A stretch of DNA of 48,219 nucleotides from positions 1-48,219 of the forward strand of contig JBHHVU010000020.1 of assembly GCA_046754465.1 (NCBI GenBank), in the 5' to 3' direction. The DNA comes from Nitrospinaceae bacterium (GTDB lineage: Bacteria; Nitrospinota; Nitrospinia; Nitrospinales; VA-1). How positions within the stretch are numbered: the first letter of the stretch is position 1; every line of letters starts with the position of its first letter. Below the pieces are notes generated by a model. That model did not search any database and was not told the origin of the DNA. It saw nothing but the letters and a program-made list of their open reading frames with translations. Below, in pieces: positions 19,595 to 31,371 of this stretch. The position numbers and the translations under genes were made by a program.

Positions 19595-19764
19595 GTTGGG
19601 TCTGGTTCGTCTGGGTGAACGGAATTGCCGGAGGGTCGATCGGGAAATAACGATTTCAGCCAGTCCGGAAGGTCATCCCCCGGCGGGGAGAATGTTGAAG
19701 GGTCCGGAGAGGGGGCGGGACCCGTCATTGGCCGCACCGGTCCGCCCGGTTCGGTTGCTTGGGA

Positions 19765-20787
19765 TCAAGCCCGTTTTTCTTCCACCGGGGTGTGGGCGGC
19801 AAGATGTTTTCCCGCCAGCTCAACATCCTTCCTGCTTCCCACAAACAAGGGGACACGCTGATGGATTTCCTCCGGGAGGATATCGAGAATCCTCTTTTCT
19901 CCGGTGGTGGCCGATCCCCCGGCATTTTCGATCACAAACGCCATGGGAGCGGCTTCATAGGCCAGCCGCAATTTTCCGGTTAGATTATTTTTATCCCTGG
20001 GATACATGAAAATGCCCCCTTTTAACAGGGTGCGGTGAAAATCCGAAACCAGGGTCCCAATATAGCGCAGCTTGTAAGGCCTTTGAGTGGCCGGATCGCT
20101 TTCTTTCAGGTAATGGATGAATTTTTTTTGTTCCTCATCCCAAATTTCGGTATTGCCCTCGTTGATGCTGTAAGTCGAACCCTGCTCGGGGATCCGGATG
20201 TTGGGATGCGAAAGAAAAAACTCGCCGAGGGAGGGGTCGAGGGTGAATCCATGGACTCCGCTGCCGGAGGTATAAATAAAAAGAGTGCTGGACCCGTAAA
20301 GAATATAACCTGCGGCCACCTGGTTTTTTCCCTGTTGCAGTAAATCCTCATCGGTCACCTTGGTTCCCGGGCTCTTCTTCCGGTAAATGGAAAAGATGGT
20401 GCCTATACCGACATTCACATCGATATTGGAGGATCCATCCAGGGGATCCATCATGAAAATATATTTACCAGGGTTGTTTTCCGGAGGGATGATGACGGGA
20501 TATTCCAGTTCCTCGGAAGTGATGGCGCAAACCGTCCTCGATTGGCCGATGATTTTGGTGAACGTCATGTTGGCGAAATCATCCAGTTTCTGAACCTGTT
20601 CCCCGTATACGTTGATTTTATCCGTGAGACCCAGGACGTCTTGACCGATCCCGGCCTTGTTCACTTCCAGGGAAATGATCTTCGCGGCGACCAGAATCTC
20701 CGTCATCAGGCTGGTGAATTCTCCAGTGGCACCCGGAATTTTCTTTTCCTGTTGGCGAATGTGCTGAATGAGTGTAGTTCTTTCCAT
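19765..20787 (-). CDS. fbp: Class 1 fructose-1,6-bisphosphatase
   Basis: DPLDGSSNIDVNVGIGTIF, RYIGTLVSDFHRTLLKGG and KLRLAYEAAP motifs. Confidence 0.97.
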   Translation of the reverse strand: MERTTLIQHIRQQEKKIPGATGEFTSLMTEILVAAKIISLEVNKAGIGQDVLGLTDKINVYGEQVQKLDDFANMTFTKIIGQSRTVCAITSEELEYPVIIPPENNPGKYIFMMDPLDGSSNIDVNVGIGTIFSIYRKKSPGTKVTDEDLLQQGKNQVAAGYILYGSSTLFIYTSGSGVHGFTLDPSLGEFFLSHPNIRIPEQGSTYSINEGNTEIWDEEQKKFIHYLKESDPATQRPYKLRYIGTLVSDFHRTLLKGGIFMYPRDKNNLTGKLRLAYEAAPMAFVIENAGGSATTGEKRILDILPEEIHQRVPLFVGSRKDVELAGKHLAAHTPVEEKRA

Positions 20788-20947
20788 GGAAGTCAACTCG
20801 GTATTAACAATTAAGGGCGGATTCCGGGGTTATCATGAAGAGCCGCCATATTACATTATTTTATATAACGCGGCAATTGAAATGACAAGCGTCCCGCCTC
20901 CGCCCAGGGGGAACGGGCCCCGGCCCGCTTGGGTCCACACGGATCAT

Positions 20948-22771
20948 TCATACATACTTCTGCTGGCGCGAAGCTTTTTTCCTTTCGTTTTCGTCGAGGA
21001 TTTTCTTCCGCAAACGGATACTTTTGGGAGTGATCTCCGCCAGTTCATCTTCATTGAGGAATCCCAGGATTTGCTCCAGGCTCATGATGCGGGGAGGGGT
21101 GAGAAGGATATTTTCATCCGACGCGGCGGCCCGCATGTTGGTTAATTTTTTTTCCTTGCAGACATTGACGATGAGATCGTTATCCTTATTATTTTCTCCC
21201 ACGATCATGCCGGGATAGACTTCCTGCGCCGGCTTCAGAAACAAGGCTCCCCGTTCCTGAAGGTTGAAGAGCGAATACCCGGTGGAGCATCCTTTTTCCA
21301 GGGCGATCAATACACCGTTGTTGCGGCGGGCGATGTTTCCCTGAAAAGGAATATAATTATGAAAATTGCGGTGGATCACCCCCGTGCCTTTGGTGAGGGT
21401 CAGAAATTCGGAGCCGAATCCAAAAAGACCCCGCGTTGGAACGACGAATTCCAGCCGCACAGAACCCTCGCGGACCGTGATCATGTTTTTGAAGGAGGCC
21501 TTTCTTTTTCCCATGGATTCCATCACACTGCCCATGTATGTTTCTTCCAGATCGAGGATCACGAATTCCTCCGGTTCCAAGCGCTGTCCGTTTTCTTCCT
21601 TGAGGAGGACGTGCGGCCGGGAAATGGCGAACTCGTAACCCTCGCGGCGCATGGTTTCGATAAGGATGGTGAGGTGCAGTTCGCCGCGTCCGGAAATTTT
21701 GAACGTGTCCGCCGACCCTGTTTCCTCGACCATCAGGGCGACATTGGATTTGGCCTCCCTGAACAACCGGTCCCGCAGTTGCCGGGCCGTCACGAAATCT
21801 CCTTCTCGTCCCGCGAAGGGGGAGGTGTTGGCGGAAAAGTTAATGGAAAGGGTGGGTTCGTCAATTTCAATGACCGGCAGGGCTTCCGGGAATTGGCTGC
21901 CGGCGATGGTTTCCCCGATATCGATGTCCTTCATTCCCGCGATTCCGATGATATCTCCCAAGGAGGCCAGGGAAGTTTCGACCTGAGTCAACCCGTCAAA
22001 GGTGAATAATTTGGAGATTTTGAACGCTTCCATGTCGCCCGTCCGCTTGATCAGTGTGTACGAGCACTTGGTGTCCATGGTTCCCCGGGTTATTTTGCCG
22101 ATGGCGATGCGCCCCACGTAATCGTTGTAATCGATGGAGGAGACCAGCATTTGGAAACCGCCCTCCGGATCCCCTCGGTGGGGTTCCACTTTTTCAAGGA
22201 TGAGATCCAGAAGCGGGGTCATGTTCTGGTCGGGTTCGTGGGGTTCGAGACGTGAGATACCCAGCTTGGCGGACGTGTAAATGATGGGGAAATCCAGTTG
22301 CTCGTCCGAGGCTCCCAGGGTGACGAACAGATCGAACACCTCGTTCACCACCCGATCCGGCTCCGCGTTTTCCCGGTCGATTTTATTGATCACCACGATG
22401 GGTTTGAGTCCGAGGTCCAATGATTTTTTGAGGACGAAGCGGGTCTGCGGCATTGGTCCTTCCACGCAATCCACCAGTAGGAGGACCCCGTTAACCATTT
22501 TCAGGATACGCTCCACCTCGCCCCCGAAATCGGCGTGGCCCGGCGTATCCACGATATTGATCTTATGACCTTTGTAACGGATCGCGGCGTTTTTGGAAAA
22601 TATCGTGATTCCCCGTTCCCGTTCCAGTTCGTTGGTGTCCATGATGCAGGTTCCGGTGAGTTCGCTGTCCCGGAACATCCCGCTCTGGCGAAGCAAACTG
22701 TCCACCAGGGTGGTTTTACCATGATCTACGTGTGCGATGATGCCGATGTTTCGAATGAATTTTTGGTTCAT
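20948..22771 (-). CDS. typA: Translational GTPase TypA/BipA
   Basis: [41 protein letters not shown] and KKLTNMRA. Start at ATG 22771. Confidence 0.97.
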   Translation of the reverse strand: MNQKFIRNIGIIAHVDHGKTTLVDSLLRQSGMFRDSELTGTCIMDTNELERERGITIFSKNAAIRYKGHKINIVDTPGHADFGGEVERILKMVNGVLLLVDCVEGPMPQTRFVLKKSLDLGLKPIVVINKIDRENAEPDRVVNEVFDLFVTLGASDEQLDFPIIYTSAKLGISRLEPHEPDQNMTPLLDLILEKVEPHRGDPEGGFQMLVSSIDYNDYVGRIAIGKITRGTMDTKCSYTLIKRTGDMEAFKISKLFTFDGLTQVETSLASLGDIIGIAGMKDIDIGETIAGSQFPEALPVIEIDEPTLSINFSANTSPFAGREGDFVTARQLRDRLFREAKSNVALMVEETGSADTFKISGRGELHLTILIETMRREGYEFAISRPHVLLKEENGQRLEPEEFVILDLEETYMGSVMESMGKRKASFKNMITVREGSVRLEFVVPTRGLFGFGSEFLTLTKGTGVIHRNFHNYIPFQGNIARRNNGVLIALEKGCSTGYSLFNLQERGALFLKPAQEVYPGMIVGENNKDNDLIVNVCKEKKLTNMRAAASDENILLTPPRIMSLEQILGFLNEDELAEITPKSIRLRKKILDENERKKASRQQKYV

Positions 22772-23124
22772 GAGAGTTCGTCTCGAGTTCAGTGAAGACC
22801 GACGGAAAGAAGCTCCATACGGGGCCCTTTTTCCGTCCCCGTTCAGGGGAGGGAAGGGTAGCAAAAATTAAGGTTTATTTTTTTTTAGGAAAACGAGAGT
22901 GGATACGATGAACCGGTATCCGTCCGCCAGCAAAGAACCCTGCAAGACAGGGACCAGCACCTTTTAGCACCAGGAAAGAAGTCGCGCCGGGGCGGGAAAT
23001 TGGATGTTGTTTCATGATCGGGTCAAAAATTTCCAAAAGTTTTCTTTCCACTAGAATAACAGATTTTATTGCCTTTCCTAATAAAATTTATATAACATAT
23101 TGATTGTTATTAAATAAAGTGGAT

Positions 23125-24003
23125 ATGAACGCTTTGCTCCGAGAATACCTGAGTTTTCTTCTGGTGGAAAAACGCCATTCGCCGCACACGATTTCGGCTT
23201 ATGGGCGGGATATTTCCCGGTTCGAACGGTTTTGGAGCCCGCGGCCGCTTTCCTCCGTTGCCACTCTGGACGTTCGTTCTTTTCTGTTGCACCTTCGTGA
23301 GCAAGGATTGAATTCCCGCTCCATCGCTCGGTCCTTGTCCTCCCTCAAGTCCTTTTTTAAATTTTTGTGCAATGAGGATTATATCCAGGACAATCCGGCG
23401 GAAATTCTGGAATCTCCCAAACTCTGGCGGAAATTGCCGGACATCCTTTCTCTCGATGAGATGGAGAGGCTCCTGGCCAGCCCAAATTTCCAAACCACGC
23501 TGGGGCTCCGCGACAAAGCCATGCTGGAATTGATGTATGCCACCGGATTGCGGGTTTCCGAACTGGTCTCCCTAAAAGTCAGCGATCTGGATCTTCAGGT
23601 CGGGTATCTCCGGTCCCTGGGGAAGGGGTCGAAAGAACGAGTGGTCCCCATGGGGGAGGCGGCGCGAAACGCAGTGGATGATTATCTGGTCCGGTCGCGG
23701 CGAGTCCTCCTCAAGGGCAACCCGGTTTCAGAGCTATTCGTGACCCGGCGCGGGACGAAAATGACCCGTCAGGGATTTTGGAAGATCCTTAAAGGATATG
23801 CACGCAAAGCCAATCTCCCCAAGGGGGTTTCCCCCCACACCCTCCGGCACGCCTTCGCCACCCACCTCCTGGAACGGGGGGCGGATCTGCGGTCGGTCCA
23901 GGAAATGCTGGGACATTCGGATATTTCCACCACTCAAATATATACCCATGTCCTTGAAGAAAGGATGCGGGAGGTGCACGGCCGGTTCCATCCCCGGGGG
24001 TGA
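23125..24003 (+). CDS. xerD: Site-specific tyrosine recombinase XerD
   Basis: LRDKAMLELMYATGLRVSELV, GKGSKERVVP, MTRQGFW, SPHTLRHAFATHLL and LGHSDISTTQIYTHV. Confidence 0.95.
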   Translation: MNALLREYLSFLLVEKRHSPHTISAYGRDISRFERFWSPRPLSSVATLDVRSFLLHLREQGLNSRSIARSLSSLKSFFKFLCNEDYIQDNPAEILESPKLWRKLPDILSLDEMERLLASPNFQTTLGLRDKAMLELMYATGLRVSELVSLKVSDLDLQVGYLRSLGKGSKERVVPMGEAARNAVDDYLVRSRRVLLKGNPVSELFVTRRGTKMTRQGFWKILKGYARKANLPKGVSPHTLRHAFATHLLERGADLRSVQEMLGHSDISTTQIYTHVLEERMREVHGRFHPRG

Positions 24004-24033
24004 TGACCCATTATCCGCTGGCCTACATTTTTC

Positions 24034-24062
24034 TTGACTGACTTTATAAATAAAGATAACAT
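24034..24062 (+). promoter_or_regulatory. Putative sigma70 promoter of the yceD-rpmF-fab operon
   Basis: TTGACT-N17-TAACAT. Confidence 0.55.
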
Positions 24063-24145
24063 CCTCCTAAATATATCCTACCTGACCAATCCTATCTGGC
24101 GGATTTCAAAAGGATTCTTTGATTTTCCGGTCCGGCCAACCCAAA

Positions 24146-24676
24146 ATGGTCTTTGACATCGATGAAATTTCCGAAGAGGGTTTGGATTTCAAGGTTCAAG
24201 AGAGTAAAAATGCCTTTGAAATTGACCAACCCGAATGTGCTTTATGCCAGGATGTGACGGTTGCCGGCAGATTGGAAAAAGTGTTGGGGGATATATATTT
24301 TTCGGGGCAAATCAATACAGAATTGTCCCTGATGTGTTCTCGGTGCCTGGAACCTTTTAATTTTCCGGTTGCCACGCAGGTGACAGCCCATTTTGTCAGC
24401 CGCGGCAAAGCTCATAAGGAATCGCCGGAGATCGAGCTGCATCCTTCCGACATTGATATTGAATATTACGATGAGAATGTCATCGATTTGATTCCGACCG
24501 TTCACGATCAGATCCTTTTGACCGTTCCTCTCGTTAGTTTATGCAAACCCACATGCCGGGGATTGTGTCCGCAATGTGGGAAAAATTGGAACCTCGGCGA
24601 TTGTAGCTGCCACAAGGAACCGACGGTCGACCCGAGGTTGGAGGTTTTGAAATCGTTGAAGAATAAGATCAAATAA
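24146..24676 (+). CDS. yceD: YceD/DUF177 family protein
   Basis: [19 protein letters not shown] and DPRLEVL motifs. Conserved position before rpmF. Confidence 0.92.
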   Translation: MVFDIDEISEEGLDFKVQESKNAFEIDQPECALCQDVTVAGRLEKVLGDIYFSGQINTELSLMCSRCLEPFNFPVATQVTAHFVSRGKAHKESPEIELHPSDIDIEYYDENVIDLIPTVHDQILLTVPLVSLCKPTCRGLCPQCGKNWNLGDCSCHKEPTVDPRLEVLKSLKNKIK

Positions 24677-24690
24677 TTGCAGGAGGAATA

Positions 24691-24873
24691 ATGGCCGTAC
24701 CGAAGAAAAGGACATCCAAATCGAGACAGGGGCACCGGCGGTCGCATCATGGGCTCAGCATCCCTTCGTACAGCGAATGTCCACAATGTCATGAGATCAA
24801 GAAGCCCCATCACATCTGCCCCCACTGTGGATTTTACAAGGGAAAAGAGGTGATGGAAGTGGAGATGGTCTGA
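24691..24873 (+). CDS. rpmF: 50S ribosomal protein L32
   Basis: [12 protein letters not shown]...CPQC...[22 protein letters not shown]. Confidence 0.98.
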   Translation: MAVPKKRTSKSRQGHRRSHHGLSIPSYSECPQCHEIKKPHHICPHCGFYKGKEVMEVEMV

Positions 24874-25059
24874 AGGGTTTCAGCGCCCAGTCCCAATCGA
24901 TTCGTCCTGTTTTCAGGCAGATCAACTTCCATGAAATCGCGGAAGCCGATCCCCGCCGGGTTCACCAAACGGTCTTCCGAGGATTTCATTTTCCCGGCAG
25001 GTAACCGAAAATTTCCTCAACTCATTAGTATGCTTTCCTGAAAGGAGCGTCTGGCGAAT

Positions 25060-26214
25060 ATGAAGATCGTGGTTGACGCAATGGGAGGCGACCACGCTCC
25101 GGAATCCGTTGTGGAAGGAGCTGTGCTTGCGGCGAGGGAATATGGGTTGGAGATCATCCTGACCGGCGTGGCCGAAAGGGTTCAGTCGGAGTTGGACAAG
25201 TTCGAGGACCGGGAGCAGCTCCCCATTCGGGTGGAACCAGCCGAGCAGGTGGTCGAAATGCACGACATTCCCGCCAAGGTGTTGCGGAATAAAAAGCAGT
25301 CGTCCATGAAAATCGGCCTGGACCTGGTAAAAAATGGCGAGGCGGATGCCTTTGTGAGTGCCGGAAACACCGGGGCGGTCCTGGCCTACGCCACCCTCGG
25401 CCTGCGTCCCCTGAAAGGGGTCGACCGCGCCGCCATCGCCATCCAACTTCCCACCCTCAAGGGAATCTCCATCCTTCTGGATGCCGGCGCCAACGTGGAT
25501 TGTAAATCCAGCCAGTTGTTTCAGTTTGGCATCATGGGTCATGTTTACGCGAAATATATTCTCGGGAAGGAAACCCCGGGCGTGGGCTTGTTGAGCATTG
25601 GTGAAGAAGACAGTAAAGGCAATGAAATCACCAAGGAAGTTTTTCAGATGCTGAAAAGGAGTCACATCAATTTCATCGGCAACGTCGAAGGCAAGGAAGT
25701 GTTCCGCGGCCAGGCCGATGTGATCGTCTGCGATGGGTTTACTGGGAACGTGGCCCTCAAGATCAGCGAGAGCCTGGCCGAAATGATCGGGGCTAATCTG
25801 AAACAAATGTTCTTGAGCAACTGGACTAGCAAGGTGGGTTATTTTTTTCTCAAACCTCATCTGGACCGGTTCAAAAAGAAAGTGGATTATTCGGAAACCG
25901 GAGGAGCGCCGCTTTTAGGAGTCAATGGGGTATGCATCATCGCGCACGGCAGTTCCTCCCCTAAAGCCATTAAAAATGCCATCAACCGGGCCCAGGAATT
26001 GGTCGATAAAAAGGTCAACCAGCATATCAAGGATGATATCGAATCGAATTTGGAAGATCAGGCCCTGTGGACCCGCAAGAAAGTTTTTTGGAAACAAATC
26101 AAAAGCATCGCCTTTGGCTCGGGCGAAGAGCAGGAAAATAATAATGCCAATGACCATGGCAGTCCTTCTGAAATAAAAGCCGATTCCACCGATTCAACGA
26201 AGCAGAACAATTGA
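25060..26214 (+). CDS. plsX: Phosphate acyltransferase PlsX
   Basis: VDAMGGDHAP, SAGNTGA, LDAGAN, CDGFTGNVALK and HGSS motifs. Confidence 0.97.
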   Translation: MKIVVDAMGGDHAPESVVEGAVLAAREYGLEIILTGVAERVQSELDKFEDREQLPIRVEPAEQVVEMHDIPAKVLRNKKQSSMKIGLDLVKNGEADAFVSAGNTGAVLAYATLGLRPLKGVDRAAIAIQLPTLKGISILLDAGANVDCKSSQLFQFGIMGHVYAKYILGKETPGVGLLSIGEEDSKGNEITKEVFQMLKRSHINFIGNVEGKEVFRGQADVIVCDGFTGNVALKISESLAEMIGANLKQMFLSNWTSKVGYFFLKPHLDRFKKKVDYSETGGAPLLGVNGVCIIAHGSSSPKAIKNAINRAQELVDKKVNQHIKDDIESNLEDQALWTRKKVFWKQIKSIAFGSGEEQENNNANDHGSPSEIKADSTDSTKQNN

Positions 26215-26229
26215 ACGCCTTCCCTGCCA

Positions 26230-27231
26230 ATGCGTAATCATTCAATGTTCCGGGCGGAAATAGCCGGGACCGGTTCCTGCCTGCCCGAAAAAATCCTCAC
26301 CAATTTTGATCTGGAAAAAATCCTGGATACGAGCGATGAATGGATTCGGACCCGGACGGGTATAAGCGAGAGGCGCATCGCCGGAAAAGAGGAATCCTCC
26401 TCGGTACTGGGAGTAAAAGCCGGGCGAATGGCCTTGCATGCGGCGGGGCTGGAACCGGGGGAGGTGGATATGATCATCGTATGCACTTCCACGCCGGACA
26501 TCCTTTTCCCCTCCACCGCCTGCTTTGTACAAGCCGAACTGGGGGCCGGCCGGGCCGCGGCGTTCGATATTTCCGCCGTATGTTCCGGGTTCGTTTATGG
26601 CCTGTCGATTGCCGAGCAATACCTCAAAATCGGGCGCTACAGAAACATCCTCGTCATAGGCAGTGAAGTCAATTCCCGGATTCTGGATTGGACCGACAGG
26701 TCCACCTGCATCCTCTTCGGCGATGGGGCCGGTGCGGTGGTTTTGCGGCGGGGGGAGGGTGACGGACCTGCCGGGGTGTTGTCTTCCCATATTTATTCCG
26801 ATGGTTCCCTGGCCCACCTCATTGAAGTTCCCGGTGGGATCGGCCGCACCGGTATTTCCCATGAGGCGATCGATCAGAAAAAATATTGCATCAATATGTC
26901 CGGCAACGCGACCTTCAAGATCGCCGTGAAGCGCATGAGCGAGGTGAGCCTGGAAGCTTTGAATTTTAATGGATTGACCCAGGAAGACGTGGATCTGGTG
27001 ATTCCCCATCAAGCCAACAAGAGGATCATCGATGCGGTGACCGGGAAATTGGAAATTCCTCCCGAAAAAGTGTTCCTCAACATTCAAAAGTACGGGAACA
27101 CCTCGGCCGCCTCGATTCCCATCGCCCTGCATGAAGCAAAGGAGTCGGGTCGGATCCGGCCGGGGAGCCTGCTGTTGATCGCGGTGGTTGGCGCGGGACT
27201 GACTTGGGGAGCGACGGTGATCCGATGGTAA
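26230..27231 (+). CDS. fabH: 3-oxoacyl-ACP synthase III
   Basis: AVCSGF, FGDGAGA, PHQAN and YGNTSAAS motifs. Confidence 0.97.
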   Translation: MRNHSMFRAEIAGTGSCLPEKILTNFDLEKILDTSDEWIRTRTGISERRIAGKEESSSVLGVKAGRMALHAAGLEPGEVDMIIVCTSTPDILFPSTACFVQAELGAGRAAAFDISAVCSGFVYGLSIAEQYLKIGRYRNILVIGSEVNSRILDWTDRSTCILFGDGAGAVVLRRGEGDGPAGVLSSHIYSDGSLAHLIEVPGGIGRTGISHEAIDQKKYCINMSGNATFKIAVKRMSEVSLEALNFNGLTQEDVDLVIPHQANKRIIDAVTGKLEIPPEKVFLNIQKYGNTSAASIPIALHEAKESGRIRPGSLLLIAVVGAGLTWGATVIRW

Positions 27232-28166
27232 AAATAGCTTTTATTTTTCCCGGGCAAGGGTCGCAATATGTCGGCATGGGAAAGGACTTTTTCGATTCGG
27301 TTCCCGAAGCTCGGAAGATGTACGAAGAGGCCGGAGAGGTGGTGGGTGAGGACCTTGCATCTATTTGTTTCCATGGACCGGAGGAGATACTGAAACTCAC
27401 CGAAAATGCCCAACCCGGGATATTGGTTCACAGTATAATAGCCTTGAAATTGCTGAGGGAAAATGGTATAGATTCCGTACTGGCGGCCGGCCACAGCCTG
27501 GGGGAGTACTCGGCTCTGGTGGCTGCTGGAGCCCTTCGCTTCCGGGATGCTGTCCGGCTGGTCCGGCTTCGCGGGCGGTTCATGCAGGAAGCGGTGCCTG
27601 TTGGGGTCGGGGCGATGGCGGCCATAATCGGTTTGGCCGCCGAAAATGTCCAGGAGTTGTGTGCACAGGAGTCTTCCGAAGGAAACTTGGTTCAACCCGC
27701 CAATTTGAACAGTCCGGAACAAACGGTGATCGCGGGGCATAAGGACCCCGTGTTCCGGGTTTCCCAGGAAGCTAAACGGTTGGGTGCCAAAAAGACCGTG
27801 ATGTTGCCCGTCAGTGCGCCTTTTCACTGCTCCCTTATGAAGCCGGCTGAAATAAAGCTTCAGAAAGAACTTGAAAATACGGAATTTCAAGATCTGTCCT
27901 TTCCAGTAATCACCAACATCGAGGCGAAACCCAACTCCAAAGGTTCGGAGGCCAAAAAAGCTTTAAGACAACAGGTGTGCAGTCCGGTCCGGTGGGCTGA
28001 AACCATGAAATATATCGTGAGTCAGGAAATTGGCGCCGTGATCGAATTGGGACCCGGTAAGGTATTGTCGGGATTGATGCGGCGTTTTGACAGGAATGTC
28101 ACCTGCTACCAGGTGGAAGACCGGGAATCCTTACAACGAACCGTATCCGCGCTAACTGAAAACTAA
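27225..28166 (+). CDS. fabD: Malonyl CoA-ACP transacylase
   Basis: FPGQGSQ, GHSLGEYSA and VSAPFH motifs. Confidence 0.97.
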   Translation: MVKIAFIFPGQGSQYVGMGKDFFDSVPEARKMYEEAGEVVGEDLASICFHGPEEILKLTENAQPGILVHSIIALKLLRENGIDSVLAAGHSLGEYSALVAAGALRFRDAVRLVRLRGRFMQEAVPVGVGAMAAIIGLAAENVQELCAQESSEGNLVQPANLNSPEQTVIAGHKDPVFRVSQEAKRLGAKKTVMLPVSAPFHCSLMKPAEIKLQKELENTEFQDLSFPVITNIEAKPNSKGSEAKKALRQQVCSPVRWAETMKYIVSQEIGAVIELGPGKVLSGLMRRFDRNVTCYQVEDRESLQRTVSALTEN

Positions 28167-28187
28167 AGCGAATTCAGGAACCATTTC

Positions 28188-28928
28188 ATGGAGCTCAAAG
28201 ATCGTGTGGCATTGGTGACCGGCGGGGCGCGCGGAATCGGTCTGAAAATCGGGGAAGAACTGGCTCAGGCGGGAGCCCATGTGATTCTTGGCGACGTCAA
28301 TCGGGATGGCGCGGAACAAGCGGCCGATTCGATTCGTCAGAAGGGAGGTTCCGCCTCCGCCGTCCGGTTGGACGTATCCAGCCGGGAGGAAGTGAAGAAA
28401 GTTTTCGATTCCATCGCCGAGGATCATAAGCCTCTGGACATCCTTGTGAACAATGCGGGGATCACCAAGGACGGTTTGATGATCCGGATGAAGGAGGAGG
28501 ATTGGGACCGGGTGCTCTCCATTAATTTGAAGGGGTGTTTCCTTTGCAGTCAACAGGCGGCCAAACAAATGATGAAGCAACGGAAGGGGGCCATCGTCAA
28601 TATTGCTTCCATTGTGGGCCTGATGGGTAATTTGGGACAAGCCAACTATGCGGCGTCCAAGGCGGGGGTCATTGGTCTTACCAAAACCACCGCCCGTGAG
28701 GTGGCTTCCCGGGGGATAACCGTCAATGCGGTGGCCCCGGGATTTATCGACACGGAAATGACCCGCGTCCTTGAGGAATCGGTCAGGAAAAAACTGATCG
28801 AACAAATTCCACTTTCCCGGCTGGGTCTGCCTGAAGATGTGGCCCGGTGCGTGGCTTTTCTGGCTTCGGATCGGGCCGGCTATATTACGGGACAGGTGAT
28901 CAATGTTAACGGCGGCATGTTGATGTAA
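28188..28928 (+). CDS. fabG: 3-oxoacyl-ACP reductase
   Basis: [23 protein letters not shown] and NAVAPGFI motifs. Confidence 0.97.
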   Translation: MELKDRVALVTGGARGIGLKIGEELAQAGAHVILGDVNRDGAEQAADSIRQKGGSASAVRLDVSSREEVKKVFDSIAEDHKPLDILVNNAGITKDGLMIRMKEEDWDRVLSINLKGCFLCSQQAAKQMMKQRKGAIVNIASIVGLMGNLGQANYAASKAGVIGLTKTTAREVASRGITVNAVAPGFIDTEMTRVLEESVRKKLIEQIPLSRLGLPEDVARCVAFLASDRAGYITGQVINVNGGMLM

Positions 28929-28951
28929 TATCTTTTGGGAGTTTTAAAACT

Positions 28952-29185
28952 ATGTCAGTTGAAGAAAAAGTTAAGGAAATCATAGTTGACCAACTGGGTG
29001 TGGATGAAAAACAGGTCTCTCCGGAAGCTTCTTTTATAGAGGATTTGGGGGCGGATTCCCTGGACACCGTGGAGTTGGTGATGGCCCTGGAGGAGGAATT
29101 CGATATTGAAATTCCCGACGAGGAGGCGGAGAAAATTGCCTCCGTCCAAAATGCAATAGATTATATTAAAAGCCGAACCAATTGA
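28952..29185 (+). CDS. acpP: Acyl carrier protein
   Basis: [20 protein letters not shown]. Confidence 0.98.
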   Translation: MSVEEKVKEIIVDQLGVDEKQVSPEASFIEDLGADSLDTVELVMALEEEFDIEIPDEEAEKIASVQNAIDYIKSRTN

Positions 29186-29212
29186 TACCAACCCCGAGTC
29201 CATGGTTGATTC

Positions 29213-30451
29213 ATGAAGAGACGCGTTGTCGTTACGGGGTTGGGGATCATTTCACCTCTTGGAATCGGGCTGGAGGAAAATTGGGCGTCCGTGACCCAGG
29301 GTAAATCTGGCGTTGCTCCCATAACCAAATTCAATACAGATTCATTCCCCGTGAAAATCGCGGGGGAGGTGAAAGGTTTTAATCCGGAAAATTACATCAA
29401 TCATAAAGATGTAAAAAAAATGGATACTTTCATCCATTATGCGGTTGCCTGCAGTCAATTCGCCCTGCAGGACTCCGGATATGAGATCACGGAAGAAAAT
29501 GCCGAAAGGACCGGTGTTTTGATCGGCGTGGGCCTTGGCGGATTACCCGCGATTGAAAAATACCACGATGTTTTCAAAGAACGGGGGGTGAAAAAAATCA
29601 CCCCTTTTTTTATTCCCATGCTGATCGCCAATCTGGCCTCGGGTCAGGTGTCCATTCTTTCTGGGGCCAAGGGACCCAACACCTGTGTCGTCACGGCCTG
29701 CGCGACGGGCACCCATGCCATTGGAGATGCGGCAAAGTTGATCCAATACGGGGAGGCCGACGTCATGATCGCCGGAGGAACCGAATCGGTGATCACTCCG
29801 CTTTGTATCGGGGGGTTTAACGCGGCGAAGGCTCTTTCCCAGCGAAACGGGGACCCCGCCGGAGCCAGCCGGCCCTTCGACCGGGATCGCGACGGGTTCG
29901 TGATCGGGGAAGGATGCGGGGTGCTCATCCTGGAAGAACTGGAGGCCGCAAAAAAACGGGGCGCGCGAATTTACGGGGAAGTGATCGGGTACGGACTCAA
30001 CAGCGATGCGTATCATATCACCGCCACCGCCCCGGGAGGGGAAGGGGCGGCCCGGTGCATGGAGCTGGCGCTCAAGAACAGCGGCATCAATAAGGAAGAA
30101 GTGGATTATATCAACGCCCATGGCACATCCACCGCGGCGGACGCCACGGAAACCATGGCCATCAAAAAAGTATTCGGGGCGCACGCCCATCAGTTGGCCG
30201 TGAGTTCCACCAAATCGATGACCGGGCACCTGCTGGGGGCCGCTGGCGGCGTGGAATCCATTTTCACCTTGATGGCCTTGTATCGTGGGGTCATTCCCCC
30301 CACTATTAACTATACGACTCCCGATCCCGAATGCGACTTGGATTATGTCCCCAACCAGGCGCGGGAAAAAAAGATCAAAGTGGCGCTTTCCAATTCTTTT
30401 GGTTTTGGCGGCACCAATGCCGTCCTGATTTTCAAACAATGGCTGAACTGA
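29213..30451 (+). CDS. fabF: 3-oxoacyl-ACP synthase II
   Basis: TACATG, NAHGTST, TGHLLGAAG and NSFGFGGTN motifs. Confidence 0.97.
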   Translation: MKRRVVVTGLGIISPLGIGLEENWASVTQGKSGVAPITKFNTDSFPVKIAGEVKGFNPENYINHKDVKKMDTFIHYAVACSQFALQDSGYEITEENAERTGVLIGVGLGGLPAIEKYHDVFKERGVKKITPFFIPMLIANLASGQVSILSGAKGPNTCVVTACATGTHAIGDAAKLIQYGEADVMIAGGTESVITPLCIGGFNAAKALSQRNGDPAGASRPFDRDRDGFVIGEGCGVLILEELEAAKKRGARIYGEVIGYGLNSDAYHITATAPGGEGAARCMELALKNSGINKEEVDYINAHGTSTAADATETMAIKKVFGAHAHQLAVSSTKSMTGHLLGAAGGVESIFTLMALYRGVIPPTINYTTPDPECDLDYVPNQAREKKIKVALSNSFGFGGTNAVLIFKQWLN

Positions 30452-30463
30452 GGTTTGCGGTTC

Positions 30464-31210
30464 ATGTTGCCTGAAGAAAGAAAAAAAGAACTTTCATCGC
30501 TTCAGAATATTCTGGGTTACCAATTCAAGGATATTCAACTCCTCAATAAGGCTTTGACCCACAAATCCTATGTCAACGAAAATATAGAGGTTCTCAAACA
30601 CAATGAACGGTTCGAGTTTCTTGGTGATTCGGTACTCGATCTGATCGTCAGCGATTATATGGTTCGGGAATTCAGCGATTATATGGAGGGCGCCTTGTCA
30701 AAAATCCGCGCCGCCGTGGTCAACGAGTCCTGTTTGGCCGAACTCGCCCGAGAGATGAATTTGGGGAAGTTCTTTTTGCTTGGCAGGGGCGAGGAACTCT
30801 CCGGTGGAAGAGACAAGGCCTCCCTTCTCGCCAATGCCTTTGAAGCTGTGGCCGGAGCCGTGTATTACGACAGCGATTTGGAGAACACCTCCCGGGTGCT
30901 CCTCCCTGTTCTCAAAAAAGAGATCCATAAATATATTCAGACCTGGAAATTTAAGGACTACAAAAGTGATCTTCAGGAATATACTCAAAATAAATTGATA
31001 TGTATTCCCACTTATAAGGTGACGAAGGAGATCGGTCCCGACCATGAAAAACAATTTGAAGTGATTGTTCTGGTCCGGGATGAAATTCAGGGAAAGGGAA
31101 TAGGTCGTAGTAAAAAGGAAGCCGAACAAGCGGCCGCGAAAATGGCCCTGGCTAAATATATGAAAGACCCTCAGGACAGCACTTTGCCGACGCGGTCCCT
31201 TTCTAATTAA
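30464..31210 (+). CDS. rnc: Ribonuclease III
   Basis: NERFEFLGDSVL, ANAFEAVAGA and dsRBD (GRSKKEAEQAAA). Confidence 0.97.
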   Translation: MLPEERKKELSSLQNILGYQFKDIQLLNKALTHKSYVNENIEVLKHNERFEFLGDSVLDLIVSDYMVREFSDYMEGALSKIRAAVVNESCLAELAREMNLGKFFLLGRGEELSGGRDKASLLANAFEAVAGAVYYDSDLENTSRVLLPVLKKEIHKYIQTWKFKDYKSDLQEYTQNKLICIPTYKVTKEIGPDHEKQFEVIVLVRDEIQGKGIGRSKKEAEQAAAKMALAKYMKDPQDSTLPTRSLSN

Positions 31211-31371
31211 TACATTTGCCTAAATGCTGTTTTTTAGTTTGGATGAGGGGATTCCTTTTTAATTTTTCCGTCCGCAGAAAAAGGAAGCCAGGTATAAATC
31301 CTATTATGCGAAGGTCGCTTTCTCATTGACCCGCCGGGAACCCGAGACCTGTTTGTGAGTTCCAAAGATTT

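Noticed and set aside
23125..24003. Tyrosine recombinase as a prophage or island integrase
   Set aside because: The motifs are typical chromosomal XerD and the flanks are housekeeping genes.
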